Origin: Marsupella aquatica
Lineage: Eukaryota; Plantae; Marchantiophyta
Length of the DNA stretch: 64,000 nt
Assembly: GCA_973895155.1 (NCBI GenBank)
Contig: OZ316897.1
Span: 7,306,470 to 7,370,469 of the forward strand
Direction of reading: 5' to 3'
Shown piece after piece: positions 23,501-36,069 of the stretch. Within the stretch, counting starts at the first letter, position 1; the number at the start of each line of letters is the position of its first letter. Under the pieces are notes generated by a model. The model was not told the origin of the DNA and did no database searches. It worked only from the letters and a program-made list of their open reading frames with translations. The translations under genes and the position numbers were made by a program.

Positions 23501-23720
23501 CAATAACTCTGGCTCCTTCTAGGGTATGGATTATGTGATTTCTCTCTAGCTGCCCACCTACCTGGGACTTGATGAGGGCCCTGTGCATCCTGCACAGGTG
23601 CATTTTTCTGTGAACCCCCTGCATCTGGGTCTCCATCCATATCCAATCTTTCCTCTTCACCCCACTCTCCAAGCCCCATGTCTGTCTCCATGTCATCACC
23701 CTCTTCCCCCATAGCTTCTG
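20541..23720 (-). CDS. Multi-exon TnpA-like (Transposase_24/TNP1-type) CACTA accessory protein; exon structure approximate
   Basis: Acidic exon, GRGGTP repeats, RHRLKR..PPPS...QW.RLI..F......KSE.MSNARGKVKH.S..GR.SY motif, and C-terminal HGK.VP.D..VV.L....SDC.LPFP..IADVVGSLVLWP. Confidence 0.72.
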
Positions 23721-23889
23721 CACAGCACCCACAACCAAACAGGGAGAATCAGCACACTAAATTCAAAGTATCAATCAATTTCATGCATATCCAACTATCC
23801 TAAACATCATTCCAGGTAGCAATTCCCGTTCTGTGACTCTGTGCAGGTAGTCATCCTCAACCTCATACTTGCCAATCGCCAGCTGTTGC

Positions 23890-26800
23890 CTATTGCAAAT
23901 CATCAACCTCATCATATTCCATTTGCCCAGGTTCATCATATGTCTCTCTCAATGTTAAGGGGATGTAGTCAGTCCCTGCCCAAGTTGGAAATACAGTCTC
24001 ATGACTAGGATGCTCGAATGCAGCATGGTCATCCAAACTGAACTCTACTTTACTTCCATCCATCCGCCTGTTCCGTGCTTGGCTATGGCATACCACCCTC
24101 CAACCATGTGACTCCTCCACATCTGCAAAGAAAGCCTGTTCAACTTGGCTAGGGAAAACAAAAGGCTCAGACCATTCTGGTACTCTGGACCTAAAATTGG
24201 CCAACAAGAACCCATCATGATCACGCTTCATGGTGGCCCTTGGTCTCTGCCACTCTGATTTCACCCATGATCCCTTCATCAATATCACTGGGACACTTGT
24301 GTTACCATAATTCAACACCCAAATGTCGGTCAACTCCCCCACGTAACCCATCTTCATCCACCCCCTCTGTTCTTCAGAGTTTCTCTGCTCAAACACAGAA
24401 ATCAAACCACAATCATATGATACACAATGGTCACCCTGCTCATCCCTCACTCGATAATGATTTCCATAAGCTCTCATCCGTTTGTAGGTCAGAATAGACA
24501 ATCGTGGTGGCACAGATAGAAGATACAAATCCTTCTCCATATCTGGGTGATGTCTACTATGCTCTCGAATTGTCACCCGAATCCACTGCTCGAACTGTGG
24601 GAAGGGATCCTGCTGCCCAGAGTGTGCAGCTTTTTGCATATCATATTCCCTGCAATATGAGGTACAGGCATAGTTAGGTCTAAACAACACATGACAACCT
24701 AAGATCACCCTTGGAACAGACAAGAAGCATCACAACAAAGGCAAGTCAATTCAATCACTCACCTCCACCATGGTTGCATAGGCTCTGTGTTTGCCAGCAC
24801 ATATGAATGAGCCTTGTCTCGAATCGCAACAGGCAGCTGAACAGCACGTCCCACACCTTCAACAACCTCGCCACTCACTCCATCATCTTCACCAGATTTC
24901 CAAACTCTTGTCATAGCTTCACCAGACCCAGCCATGTACTCTGTTAGGAATCCCAACGTCTCATCCTTAATGTACCCCAATGCCATGGAAGCCTCTGGCC
25001 TGTAGTATGTTCTCACATGACCTTTCAACAACTTCATGTATCGCTCCATAGGGTACATCCATCTGGTACTGACTGGCCCATACTGCCCTAGCTCTTCTAC
25101 CACATGGATTAGGAGATGAGTCATAACATCAAAGAAAGCAGGGGGGAAGTATATCTCCAAGTCACAGAGGACATAAGCAGCATCCTGCTTCAACTGCTCC
25201 AATCCTTGGGGATCCCACACTTTCACACATATACGGCGAAATACATTGCACAGTCGAAGAATGACATTACGAACTGGTTTCTGCATGAGACCTCTGAGGC
25301 ATAGGGGCAGAATGTGCTGCATCAACACATGGTAGTCATGTGTTTTCATACTGCCAAGTTTATTCTTTGTAATATGCTTCTTGAAGGCACCAGCATAGCC
25401 AGAGGCACTTTCAGACAGCTCAATCTATACAAGAATGTCTTCCATTCATCCTGTGTGCACACATAGGGAGCTTGGAACTTGAGAAGTACATTGGGATTGC
25501 TTGCATGGGGCTTCAACCAAAGGTGAGGGCGAATCCCCTTCTGTTGCATATCAGCTCGAACTGCTCCTGTATCTTTCTCACCCGACAAGAACTTCAACAA
25601 GCTCTCACAAATATTTTTCTCAATGTGCATGACGTCCACATTGTGTTTGCTGGGCTTGAATTCCTGCACTCCACAAAGCAAAGAATTCAACAACAGAAAC
25701 ACTAATTAACCACAGAGGAGGATTGTAACCAACATCAATCCACCATTGCTCCAATCTAAAATTGCAATCATACAGGGGCTGGAGGCTAAGTACATTACCC
25801 TCCAGTACTCCAACTCCAAGTCCATCAAGGTCTGTCTTTTCACACCGTGTTTCACCACTGGATCCTCAGGTTCTCGATCAGTGGCACTTCTCTTGTCCCA
25901 ATCAGCCTTCCTGGCTGCCCACCTCAGGACTTGCTCTCTGGTGACCCTCTGTGGTGGGCCACGAAGCTCTGTTTTGTTGTTGAAGTGTGCAATTTGAGAC
26001 CGTGTGTGCCTGTAAGGATGATCAACAGGCAGATACCTTCTATGCCCCTGAAATTTCATACTGTGCAGGGCATGCGACCACTCACTTGTCACATTTTTCC
26101 CACATGGTGTGCACCCCACATAGCCCTTAATTTGTCACTCGTCCAGATATGATGCCATGGCCTAGGTAATCTGCTATATCCAGCAAACAAATTGCATGCA
26201 GTCTAAAGGGGCTGGGTCGAAGAAGCCCCTTCAGAACATCATGGGTTAACACCCCTTCTATCCACAAAGTCTTCCACTCTTCCACTGCTGGAGCCAACAT
26301 GATATCTATGAATTGCTCGGTCACAGAAGCTGGTCCAGGGATTAACAGCACCATCATGACAAAAAACCTCTTTGTAGTCATCCATGGGGGAAGGTTGTAA
26401 TTTAGCAGCGTAACCGGCCAACATGAATAACGGTTGTTTTTGTCTCCAAATGGGTTTACTCCATCCAGTGATAGACCAAATCGAAAGTTCCGCTTCTCTG
26501 CAGCAAACTGTGGCCACCTCTCATCAACAAATTTCCAATGGTTGGAATCTCCAATGTGACGCTGCAGGCCATCACTGCTCTTGTTATCAGGAGTCCATGT
26601 CATCAGCTTGGAAATGGCAGGGCATCTAAACAGACGTTGTAGTCTAGGAATGAGAGGAAAATGACGAAGAACCTTGGTAGGATGTGTACATTTCCCTACA
26701 TTCTTGTACCTGTGCTTACCACAATGAGGGCATGTCAATTTATCTGCATGCTCTTTGCGAAAGAGAACACACCCATCAGGGCATGCGTCAATAGACACAT

Positions 26801-27593
26801 AGTTCAGCCCAAGGTTAGACATCAATTTCCTAGCCTCGTACATATTTTTTGGAATTGAATTACCATCTGGTAACACATTTCGGCGCAGGAAGGTCAACAA
26901 CTCTGTCACAAATATATTGGGAACATTGTGATTGCCACAGATGTTCAACAACAACACGACAAAACCCAGCTTGGAGCAGTTCGACCCCTCGTAGATAGGA
27001 ATGCAAGCTTCTTTGATGTGTTTTGGGCCCCCAAACACCCACTCCCTCTCTGCTGCACCTTCCCCAATGTCAAAGTCAGGTTCAGCTTGGCCGTCGCCAA
27101 TGTGTGGCTGCGGTTCATTGTCCTCTTCTGATTCCACTGTGTCGTAAAAAGCATCAAGGTCTTCAAAAATCTCTTGAACCATTCTTGGGACATCCATCCC
27201 ACCGTCCTCAGTGACTGCCTCTGCCTCTCCATCTTGGTCATCCACGTTCTCATGTTGGACCCCAGGACCATCCTCTGCACAGTCTATGTCCTGCTCTACG
27301 TAGTCTTTACGCCTAGCTGTATTAGAATCCACAAAGTCAGCTCTCCACTCTTCATCAGAGGAGTCTTCTTCTGCTGGTACATTCCAAACCCTCCACCGAG
27401 GGTGCCTTTCATGCCGCAGCAGGTGAAAGTGCACAGTGTTCAAACTCAACGACTTGAATCCTTGGCACTGTGTGCATGGGCATCTCATCCTCCTACTCCT
27501 ACCTTGGGCGGCCCAGGCTTGTTCACGCATCCACAATTTAGAATCATGATGCCTAATCCTAAATGGGTTGTGAAGAGGCAACCTTGGAGCCAT
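23890..27593 (-). pseudogene. CACTA TnpD-like transposase (Transposase_21 + DUF4218 + DUF4216), introns and about 2 frameshifts
   Basis: IDACPDGCVLFR, LRHFPLIPRLQRLF, RFGLSLDGVNPF, SCWPV..YNLPPW, DVMHIEKNICE, KTHDYHVLMQ, FPPAFFDVMTHL, RWMYPMERYM, EPFVFPSQVEQAFF. Confidence 0.95.
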
Positions 27594-27919
27594 CACTATA
27601 CACACGCACTCAACACCCTGTCATTTTATTATGCAAGTGAAAAATACACTTCCTGTTAAGGATTTCACCCCCAACTGTACTTGCCAAAATACGTAACGTT
27701 CCAAAAAAACAAAAAAACAAAAAATATAGGTGCCTGAGTCATGTACCTATTCTCAAGTGAATGAGACAAAATTCCTAAATGTTTGAGGGTGTCAACTCCT
27801 CCGCTGTCCTCACATGTACTGCCTCTGCACGTACATCCATGACCATATCAGAGTCCAATCATGTATAGTCATAGACACAGGTGCCAGGTGCGAGACCGGT
27901 GTGAGATGTCCTCATCTTA

Positions 27920-28327
27920 CTACCACATCAAATACGGATACCAATCCTGTTGTCGATGCCACTCAGCCCTGAGGTACTCAGGCATGTACATTAAGTCATC
28001 AAGGTCTAAACCTTGCTCATGCCATGGTGGTCTTCGATCCATGCCTACAAGCAGTGGCAGCAGTGCCCTCCATGGTGCACATGTTGCTACCAAGTCCCTC
28101 CACTGGGTACTAATTAGTCTATATTTGCAGATATCTTGTGCGCCAGACACCACAAGAACCCTCGGCCAGACATGTGTAAGAACTATATCATCTGCCAAAT
28201 CAGGCAACAAGGAACCACCTACAGCATCGTGCTTGTCTAACTCATCTGCTGAAAAGTAAATGTCCTCTTCCGACTGTGCATCCTCATTCACCACAGCATT
28301 CACAACACATCCAAGGTCTGCAGGCAT
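27920..28327 (-). CDS. Small F-box-like protein carried by the CACTA
   Basis: SLLPDLADDIVLTHVWPRV..YRLISTQWRDLV resembles the plant F-box consensus (LLP.LPDD.....RV...R.V...WR.LV). Confidence 0.5.
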   Translation of the reverse strand: MPADLGCVVNAVVNEDAQSEEDIYFSADELDKHDAVGGSLLPDLADDIVLTHVWPRVLVVSGAQDICKYRLISTQWRDLVATCAPWRALLPLLVGMDRRPPWHEQGLDLDDLMYMPEYLRAEWHRQQDWYPYLMW

Positions 28328-28629
28328 TATCTCGGATGGAGCTACACTCTGTCTGGTTACCAATCCACACAAGTAAGCCCAAGCAGTAGCCATGCACGAT
28401 GCAACCCGTAGGAGGACCCTACATAGGGCCTGACGGTCTGGAAGAGGCAGCATACCCACCAAAGTCTTCAACCAAACAGAGCCCAGCAAGTAGATTCACA
28501 ATCACACCCCACGCAGCAGGAAACAACAATCACTTCAACTGCGACCAACCATGACAAGATGAGTTAGTTCAAGGATCACATTTATTACAAAATTGTGATT
28601 TATACAAAAATATGAGGGACTCCTACTCC

Positions 28630-29493
28630 TCACTCTCTCCCACCTTTGCTAAGCATACATCTCCGCTGAATCTTGGAGGGCCAGGCCTCAAAAATATCAA
28701 AGTCCCAAGCATGCTGTCGCTTCCCTCTAGCAGCTGATTCCAGAAGCCAATCAGGGGAAAGCACCCAAAGATTGTTGTTCATGACAAAATCACGCACTAT
28801 TGTCTTAAAGAATTTTCTGCATATTTTCATGTATGACAGACCTACAACATGAGTGGAGGTTTCTGTTAGACTCTCCTCCACTGTCCCACCTAGCTCAACA
28901 ACTATGGACTTGTACAGTCTACACTTAGTCTCCCCAATTCCTTCTTCTGCAAATACCACACTGAACCCCTTCATAATGGTATTTCTCTCCTTGCCATGCT
29001 CATTCAATATAGCATCTGCACGCATAGGATGGTGTCCTATGTTGACAACAGGTCCATATTGGACAGAAGCAAAGTTGGGTTTCTCTGCCGCTGCTTCATA
29101 GGCTTCCTTTTCAACCAAAGCCTCTGTAGTGGCCTCCTCACTCTCCCACAACTCATATTGCTCAGTACTCTATACACACCTATGTTTAACAGAATCGGTC
29201 AGCCAAGAGACTTCAACTACTTTTAGACCTTGGTTGGTAATGGCAGAATCAATGAAGGACCATGACCACTTGTTCATCACATCCAGCCATGTCCCCGCAA
29301 CAACATGTGTAGTCTGTGGAGTGATGTCCTTGACTTCAGTCCCATGGAACTCTGAGAATCGTTTTTGTACGATTGGCCAACTCACTTGGGTGAACCCATA
29401 GTGGCCAGGAATCAAAATGGCTTTGATTCCAGCCAACAGAGGCGGGTGGTCAACCTTTGTACGTTTCCTAGAGGCCATGTACACACGGGCCAC
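28630..29493 (-). pseudogene. Tandem BRCT-domain protein (DNA polymerase lambda-like BRCT), one in-frame TAG
   Basis: Two BRCT units (TPQTTHVV..VVEVSWLTDSV; GGTVEESLTETSTHVV..VLSPDWLLES). ORFs 29170..29493 and 28630..29151 share a frame. Confidence 0.8.
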
Positions 29494-30076
29494 CTAATCA
29501 CTGCAGACCGGAAGATAATGCGTTCACCTGATAATCGGAGGGCCCTTAAAATGCTGCGTTTATAACTTGGTCCAGTCCAGTCGTCTGGTGAGTCTCTGCT
29601 CCGATTCCAAATGGGAGAAATATTGGGACAAACGTACTAGACACCTGCAAGCATGCACCTCATAGTTTGAATATGTGCCTTCACAATATTGAAGGTGACA
29701 AGTGCAATTGTTTTGTGATGCCACATACAGATGTTGTAAATGGGCAGACATTCAATGAGAATACAAAATGTTGGTACACTTTAAGGGAATTCTCACAAAT
29801 TAAATAGCCTTGTAACTTATATGCTCATAATGAGAAGTCCTGATTTAATTTAAGCAGTGTCATGTAAGTCGTGATCAAAATGATTGCAGAGTTAAAAAAG
29901 TTCCTAGAAGGCTTAAGGGGAGTTTTTGAAGGCATGTACCTAGGAACAAGTAATGAACTTAGGGTACTTGTTGCCTAAGCATCCTCTCCTACATAGGTCC
30001 TTCTTCTCAAAATTGGAATGTCTGCAATCTCCAAGGTATCCACATCAGGTGCACTATGCATGTACATTATTCAGGT

Positions 30077-30757
30077 TCAAAGCCAAGAAATGTGATCTCT
30101 CATGGGAGTGTGCAAAGTAGGATCTATGGCATGGCGATGACAATAGAAGATCCATCGATCAACACCATGTGCAGAGTGATCATAGATGTGTCTGTCACAA
30201 GCATAGCCTTCTGCTTGACGCTCCTTCAAAAAATGAAAGTGCCACATGGTGGGACACCTAACACAGTGGACTATGTCCACCCAGAAATCTTCATCGTGCT
30301 GACCACATGCCTTGCACTTATGAAGTGGGCAAGCTGTGGCAAGATCGGGCAAACATGAAAAACAAAAGAACCTCACACAATATCTGTCAGGGCATTTCCT
30401 AACAAGTGGTGGAGCATCAACAGAGCCCTCATAAGACCCCAACTTCCCACACTGTGCACACTTAGCCTGCTTCTCCAAACAATCAGTGCACATCCAGCCT
30501 CCCTGGTGTGCTGACGGGAGGCCCACCCCTGGACAGTTGTTTTCTGCAGCAAGGTCAGACTCCGGGTTGAGGTGGAAATGCCTCATGCAAGGGCCCTCAC
30601 ATATGGCTAAGCCACCACCATCGTCACAAATGGCACAACAATGAGCTGCCTTCTGAAAAATCTGACTTGCGGAGAAGTTACTACCATCTGGCCCAACTAC
30701 ACCTGTGTTGCTCACCTCTGTCCCCCGCTTCTTGGCTCGGATTTTAGGGCGTGCCAT
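30077..30757 (-). CDS. Stand-alone EDM2-type composite PHD-finger protein (226 aa)
   Basis: CAICDDGG....CEGPCMRHFH, C..CGKLGS, CPLHKC..C, CVRCPT.WH and IFYCHRHAID..LHTPMRDH follow the EDM2 PHD cassette end to end. A basic NLS-like N-terminus and an AG acceptor 2 nt before the ATG are present. Confidence 0.85.
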   Translation of the reverse strand: MARPKIRAKKRGTEVSNTGVVGPDGSNFSASQIFQKAAHCCAICDDGGGLAICEGPCMRHFHLNPESDLAAENNCPGVGLPSAHQGGWMCTDCLEKQAKCAQCGKLGSYEGSVDAPPLVRKCPDRYCVRFFCFSCLPDLATACPLHKCKACGQHDEDFWVDIVHCVRCPTMWHFHFLKERQAEGYACDRHIYDHSAHGVDRWIFYCHRHAIDPTLHTPMRDHISWL

Positions 30758-31420
30758 GCCTATGCATGAGACAGATAGTACAATTTAGCAGAGTGCACAG
30801 ACAATACAATTTAGTGCAGTGTACAAAAAGTACAGTGTAGCATATAGACTAGAGTGGCAATTGCTACTGCAATGAAATGTTCACACACATGTGCAGAGTA
30901 GACATACTTTTTGGTTTGTTGAGCCCACACTAAAAACTGATCCCCTCGTACAATAGCTCCACCTACACCTCAATTTTGTGGCTATGATTCACCAAAGGAG
31001 ATCTGCAACAAGATTTAATGCATTTGAATCACATATAATAGTTGTGACATGTAAAATAGGCATTTTTTGAACAGGATTGGTATCAAGCACTGTGATCAGG
31101 GTTGTAATTTATACATCCTAAATAGATAGTGAATGAGACAAATAAGTTAGGCAGAAATCACTTTTTCCAGGTTATCACATGGCCCATTAATTCCAGTCTT
31201 TGAAAGGAGACTTTTAAGTGAGCTTGCTAGCCTCTTAAATTAGGATATTGTACTTAGTGCAGCCATAATAGGATAAGTTATGTACTGTTGACCCTAAACC
31301 CTGGACCCAAAATTGGTCATAATTCAAAATCTTAAGTAAATATCCTCTCTGTTCAAGTCAAAGTGTTAAGTTATAGGTCAATGGTCTCTGGTTTGTGCAT
31401 GCGGTGTGACAAGTGGTCCT

Positions 31421-31870
31421 CTAGAGCGTGTGATCCAAACATGTGTAGACACCAAAGTGACCGGTGGTGGGGTCTGGGAGGGCAGGACAAGTGACATCGC
31501 CAGGCACACTGCAGGATGGCGAGTGGTTCCAGATGATACATTGTGCTCTGTGAAAAAACCGACATCCAAGAGAACGATCATCCAACTCTAGGCCAGAAGC
31601 CCTACAAGCAGGACAGTCATATTGGCAACTGTGCACACACCCTTGGGCCCTAATTTGTGGCGGGTCATGTACGAGAGACAGAAATACCAAGGATGTTGGG
31701 AAGGGTGGAGAAGCAGGTACAGGCCGGCTGTAGTTGTTCCTGGCAACAACTGGGTACTCAAAGTACCATGCAGACTGGGCTGGAAGGATCCCAAGTCTGA
31801 CATACTCAAGGCGCAACATCTCTGCCTTGCGTGCAAGCCGCACATGTTCAGCGTTGCGGGTCCTCACCAT
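31421..31870 (-). CDS. Hypothetical Cys/His-rich protein in the CACTA cargo region
   Basis: 149-aa ATG-initiated ORF co-oriented with the other cargo ORFs; no family recognised. Confidence 0.35.
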   Translation of the reverse strand: MVRTRNAEHVRLARKAEMLRLEYVRLGILPAQSAWYFEYPVVARNNYSRPVPASPPFPTSLVFLSLVHDPPQIRAQGCVHSCQYDCPACRASGLELDDRSLGCRFFHRAQCIIWNHSPSCSVPGDVTCPALPDPTTGHFGVYTCLDHTL

Positions 31871-33369
31871 AAGTGTTGCTTTTGTGGAGATGTTGTGTGT
31901 TCACGTCCTCTGATAAGCACCTTCGATCAGCAAGGTGAGCAGGAGCTGTACTTGCCTCACCAACAGCAACCAACCTTAAATTATCAGTTCCCACTCACTG
32001 TGTCATTCCATTGGTTCCAGCTAGGGGTCACAGTGTAAACATAGCATGAAACACTCCTAATCAACTTGCTTACAAACTACAATATCCAGAAAGAGTGAAA
32101 GTCTCACCCTCCAGTGAGCAGCAGAGAGGTAGTTCACTAGATGTGTTGATGTGCAGTTAAACCTCCACTATTGCTTACTTCTGGTGTATGCTGCTCAGAA
32201 GAAGACATATTAGTAGCAGCAAATTGCAAATAATGGCCATAAGCAAACCGTGAGAGTTTGCAGAATGCTACGACAAATCCATCACAGCAGTGCTCCACAG
32301 GAATGAAATAAAGCAAAATTTGGTGACCTCGGCCAATGACAAGGCCAATGTAGTGAACAATCCTTGACCGATCAGGATATGGATTGGAATTACAATTAGT
32401 CAGCTCTTCTTCTTTGTTTTCTAACTCTGGGGCAAATGAGCATGACCAGGGAATTGGCTCATTGAGTTGCGCAAGACCGACCACTGCAGCATAAACAAAC
32501 TCATGAAGAGGCAGAAAGGATAGCGTTGCCACAAGCGCAAAATCCCGACAGGTTTAAGCTGCAAAAAACTAACCCCTCCAAATGTGATTGCAACGGTGTT
32601 GAGGTCGTCTGTTCACCACCCCACTCCACCGTGGGAGCATTGGGCACAAGGCATGTTCGGATCCAGGGAGGAGCAAAATAGTCATGTGAAGCAACAAGTG
32701 TGGAGAGACCAGTAAGTAAACAAAAATAGGGAAGAACAATGCGGTGATCATGAGCAGCAGGAAACAAGAAAGTTGATTTGGGAGGGATTGTAGGGACAGA
32801 GCTTTTGGTGGGCTTGGCTGCGCGTTCATATCGGAAGATAGATGCGAGAGAGTGTGAAGAGGGTGGCAACCAACAAAGGCAGTGGCAAGCAAGCAAGCAA
32901 TACACGATGATAACGGCAATCGGCAATGGCGGTGGGAGGCAGCAATAGGCTAAATGAATATTCAGTACCAATCCGCAGCTCGTCCGATGAGAATGAGTGA
33001 CATGAGGAAAATGCCAACACACTGACCCACTACCAAGAAGAAAGAAAACCAATCTCAACCACCCTCTATCATCAATGACAGGACATATATTCAAAAATCC
33101 AAGCTGCAATTGACGGAAACAACAACATAAATAGAATTCTAAACATAAACTGCTCATGAAGCTTTTGGGATCATATATTCCAAGAGCAAATGTGAACATG
33201 CCAATATATGAAAGCTCTGGCATACAGGGCATTGCATTCCATAGAGACGTCTGCACCAAAGAGCTTGGAAGCAATTGCCTATCTGCTGGAAGCAGGAAAC
33301 ATATATGTAAATCCCAAGCCCATACTACATTGGAGATGATCAGCTCACTCAGACAGACATTGCATTTTG

Positions 33370-33520
33370 ATTAACCAAATGTAGCAGGCTAGCAGTGGGA
33401 CGAAGGATAGGGCCAACACTAATGCACAGCAGTGAACAACTATGATTAACCAAATGTCAGTAGCAGGCCAGTAGAGGGACGGAGGATAGGGCCAACACTA
33501 ATGCGCAGTTGTGAAAGACT
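33370..33520. repeat. Imperfect tandem duplication of about 75 bp
   Basis: GATTAACCAAATGT..GGATAGGGCCAACACTAATGC occurs twice. Confidence 0.8.
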
Positions 33521-36069
33521 GACAAATAGAAAGCAAACGAGAGCTTCAAATATAGAACATCAAACCTTCAGCAGCGGTCGATGGGCTTTGATTCGTAGGT
33601 CGCCTGGCTCGGTCCCTTGTCGCAGCTCGCCCAGCTCCACAACACCGTAGACAAGGAGTTGGTTGGTCCAATTTCCACCATGCAGCGTTAGCAAAACGGC
33701 AATGCTTGATCTTTGCCCTCCGCCCTTTGCCCGAACCCCAAAATATCACAAGCACAGCTCCAACGTCCAACCGGCAACCCTCCCCCGAGCTTGCTTAGAC
33801 GAAAATCAGCATAGCATAGCTGAGTTCAACGGAAATCATCTCAGCACCCACCCCAGCTGAACAAAGCTCACACAAGAGCTCATACGGGAGCTCACTATGG
33901 GAGTAAAAGAAAAATAGGAGGGCCATGTGGCGCAACTACATGGACCTGTCAAACTCAGCGCCTCCTGAGAAGAACATTCCTGTCCAACCGCGACTGTAAA
34001 ACCCTTCAAAACACTATGAACAAACACTCACCTCTGACTTGTAACTTTGTCAATGTGGCCGACAAATCCCAGAGCGCTGCCGAGCTTGGTCGTTGCTCGA
34101 GTTGTAACAGTGCTCAGCTCAGCGACGGTGACCCTAAACCAAATCCTTCGTCTCTAAGTCCGCACGTCTCTTAGTCCGCAGCGCCGACCACAAGAAAGGT
34201 GGAACACTAAACCTCACTATACAGTAGTGGCCGTGAATGCCCGTGAATGCCTGCAAAGACAACACAATAAAGTGCAAAGGGTTAGAAATGTGGCGGGATT
34301 AGGGTGTGACAGAGTGTGGAGGTGCAAAGTGTATGCAGAGTTGACCCTCCAATGGATGCTCCAACTCGCTCCCCTCCAACGGTCGCGCAAGTAGAAGCCC
34401 CAGCCCCTTGGGATTCCCTTACCGTAGTTCGCTCCAAAGCCAATGCCTTCTGTAGCAGGAGCGATCACCTCTACTGAAGCAGCTTCAATCGAACACACAA
34501 CAACGAGGCGGGCAGCGACAACACTGACAGTGAACGATAGACTACTCAAACGACCTCAAAATGGAACAAAAGCACGAGAAAACATTGAGGCAGAAGGCAA
34601 GTCCCTAGCACCAGGCAACCAAAGGATCGGGACCAAAGGAAGGGACGACATGCCATTCCAACAACGGGAAGGGGGAACGGGACACGGGAACGGGCAATAT
34701 TTTGATGGTGGGGATGGATGCCGACAATCCAATGGTCCCTAAACCCCCATCCCCTTAACATGCAACCCCCGACCCTTGACATCAAACCCCCCCTAAACCC
34801 CCTTTAGTGAAAACCCAGCCACCCCCTAGCCTTGACATATAAACCCCCTAAACGTCTTGACAACTCGACTGTGGCCATACTATCTTTGCAATGCCAGGGG
34901 CCATTTTTAGAGTGCCGCTTGCAAGCTCAGGCTCTCAAGATCCTCCCAAGGCAGCAAACAAGTTAGGGTCCCTAAACATGTTCCTTTACCCTAAACCATT
35001 GCGTCACTATTTCAATCGAGTGTTCTTCGGCTGGACAACCCCCTAACCCTAAACCAACACCCCCTTGAGACCGGTACAAATCTACCTTTGTGCATCTCGG
35101 CCTTTTATAGATGGAGTTAGTAATCGATCCCTCCGTAGTCCACTCTCCATGAACCTCACTCCAAAACCTTTTTGGTCACAAACAAGGCCATTTATTGAGT
35201 TATGCCCCTTGCTATCACCCTCTTTATAGAATTACCCCTCCTCAACATAAGTGAACATTACCCATGATGTGCTAGACTATTCACCGTTCACAAAGTAGCA
35301 AGGTTACTTCTCATAGTCTTTTAGTGAACCATAAAACACTAATAGTCTTTTGTAGTCTTCAACAAAACCGGTGCAATGGGTGCGAGTCGTTTCAAGTATG
35401 GAAAAAGGACTTAGTGGGCTTAGTCCTATAAGGTATGGTCTAAATTGCCCCGGTTTCTACTAGTGCTATGCCTCACAAATTCTCATACTGAGATAAAAAC
35501 AAGTCTCTCCCACTCCCACATCGGAAGGGAGAACCTAAATACTACTTGCGGAAAGGAACTGGGAGGTACTACCTCTCGATGGCGATGCCTAACTGACTAA
35601 CTACCTTCTGACTTTGTTGACCGCATTCTACAGACCAATTGACCGTCAGTGGCAAGGGTCACTGACCTGGGCGTCAGCAGTTAAGTCTACTATCAGTATT
35701 TCTAGTCCGTTTGATGGACTCTATCCTACATCGGATGATCCTAACTAACTTTGTCCTAATCCTTCCTACCGCACTGCTAATTGCCGCCTAATGACAGCTA
35801 TTCTGTCCTTAAGTCTAATCCAAAAAGATAGTGCTAACCCCAACTGCATCAAGCGGCACCTGCTCACTCCCTCCACTAACCACCCCTTGTGCATGTTATG
35901 CTATCGGTCCAGGGTTTGTCCCCTTGTCAGGACGAGGCCTCGAGCCGCCTTGATCAGAGGTGGTTCCCGCCCCACCCCACTGGCTTACAAGCAGGGTAAT
36001 GCGGTCCTGCAAGGCCTTGTTATCTTGTATCGCCTCCTCCGCCTTGTTTGCAACTTTGTCGGCCTCAGC

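Larger units (their letters stand above)
19713..35465 (-). mobile_element. Complete CACTA (En/Spm) DNA transposon, 15.75 kb
   Basis: 18-bp perfect TIR CACTAGTAGAAACCGGGG, 3-bp TSD CTA (19710-19712, 35466-35468), subterminal AGTCGT/AGTCTTT/GGACT repeats, transposase genes. Confidence 0.96.

Noticed and set aside
32137-33274. Additional CACTA cargo ORFs (131 aa, 257 aa)
   Set aside because: No recognisable domain; composition resembles intron or UTR sequence.
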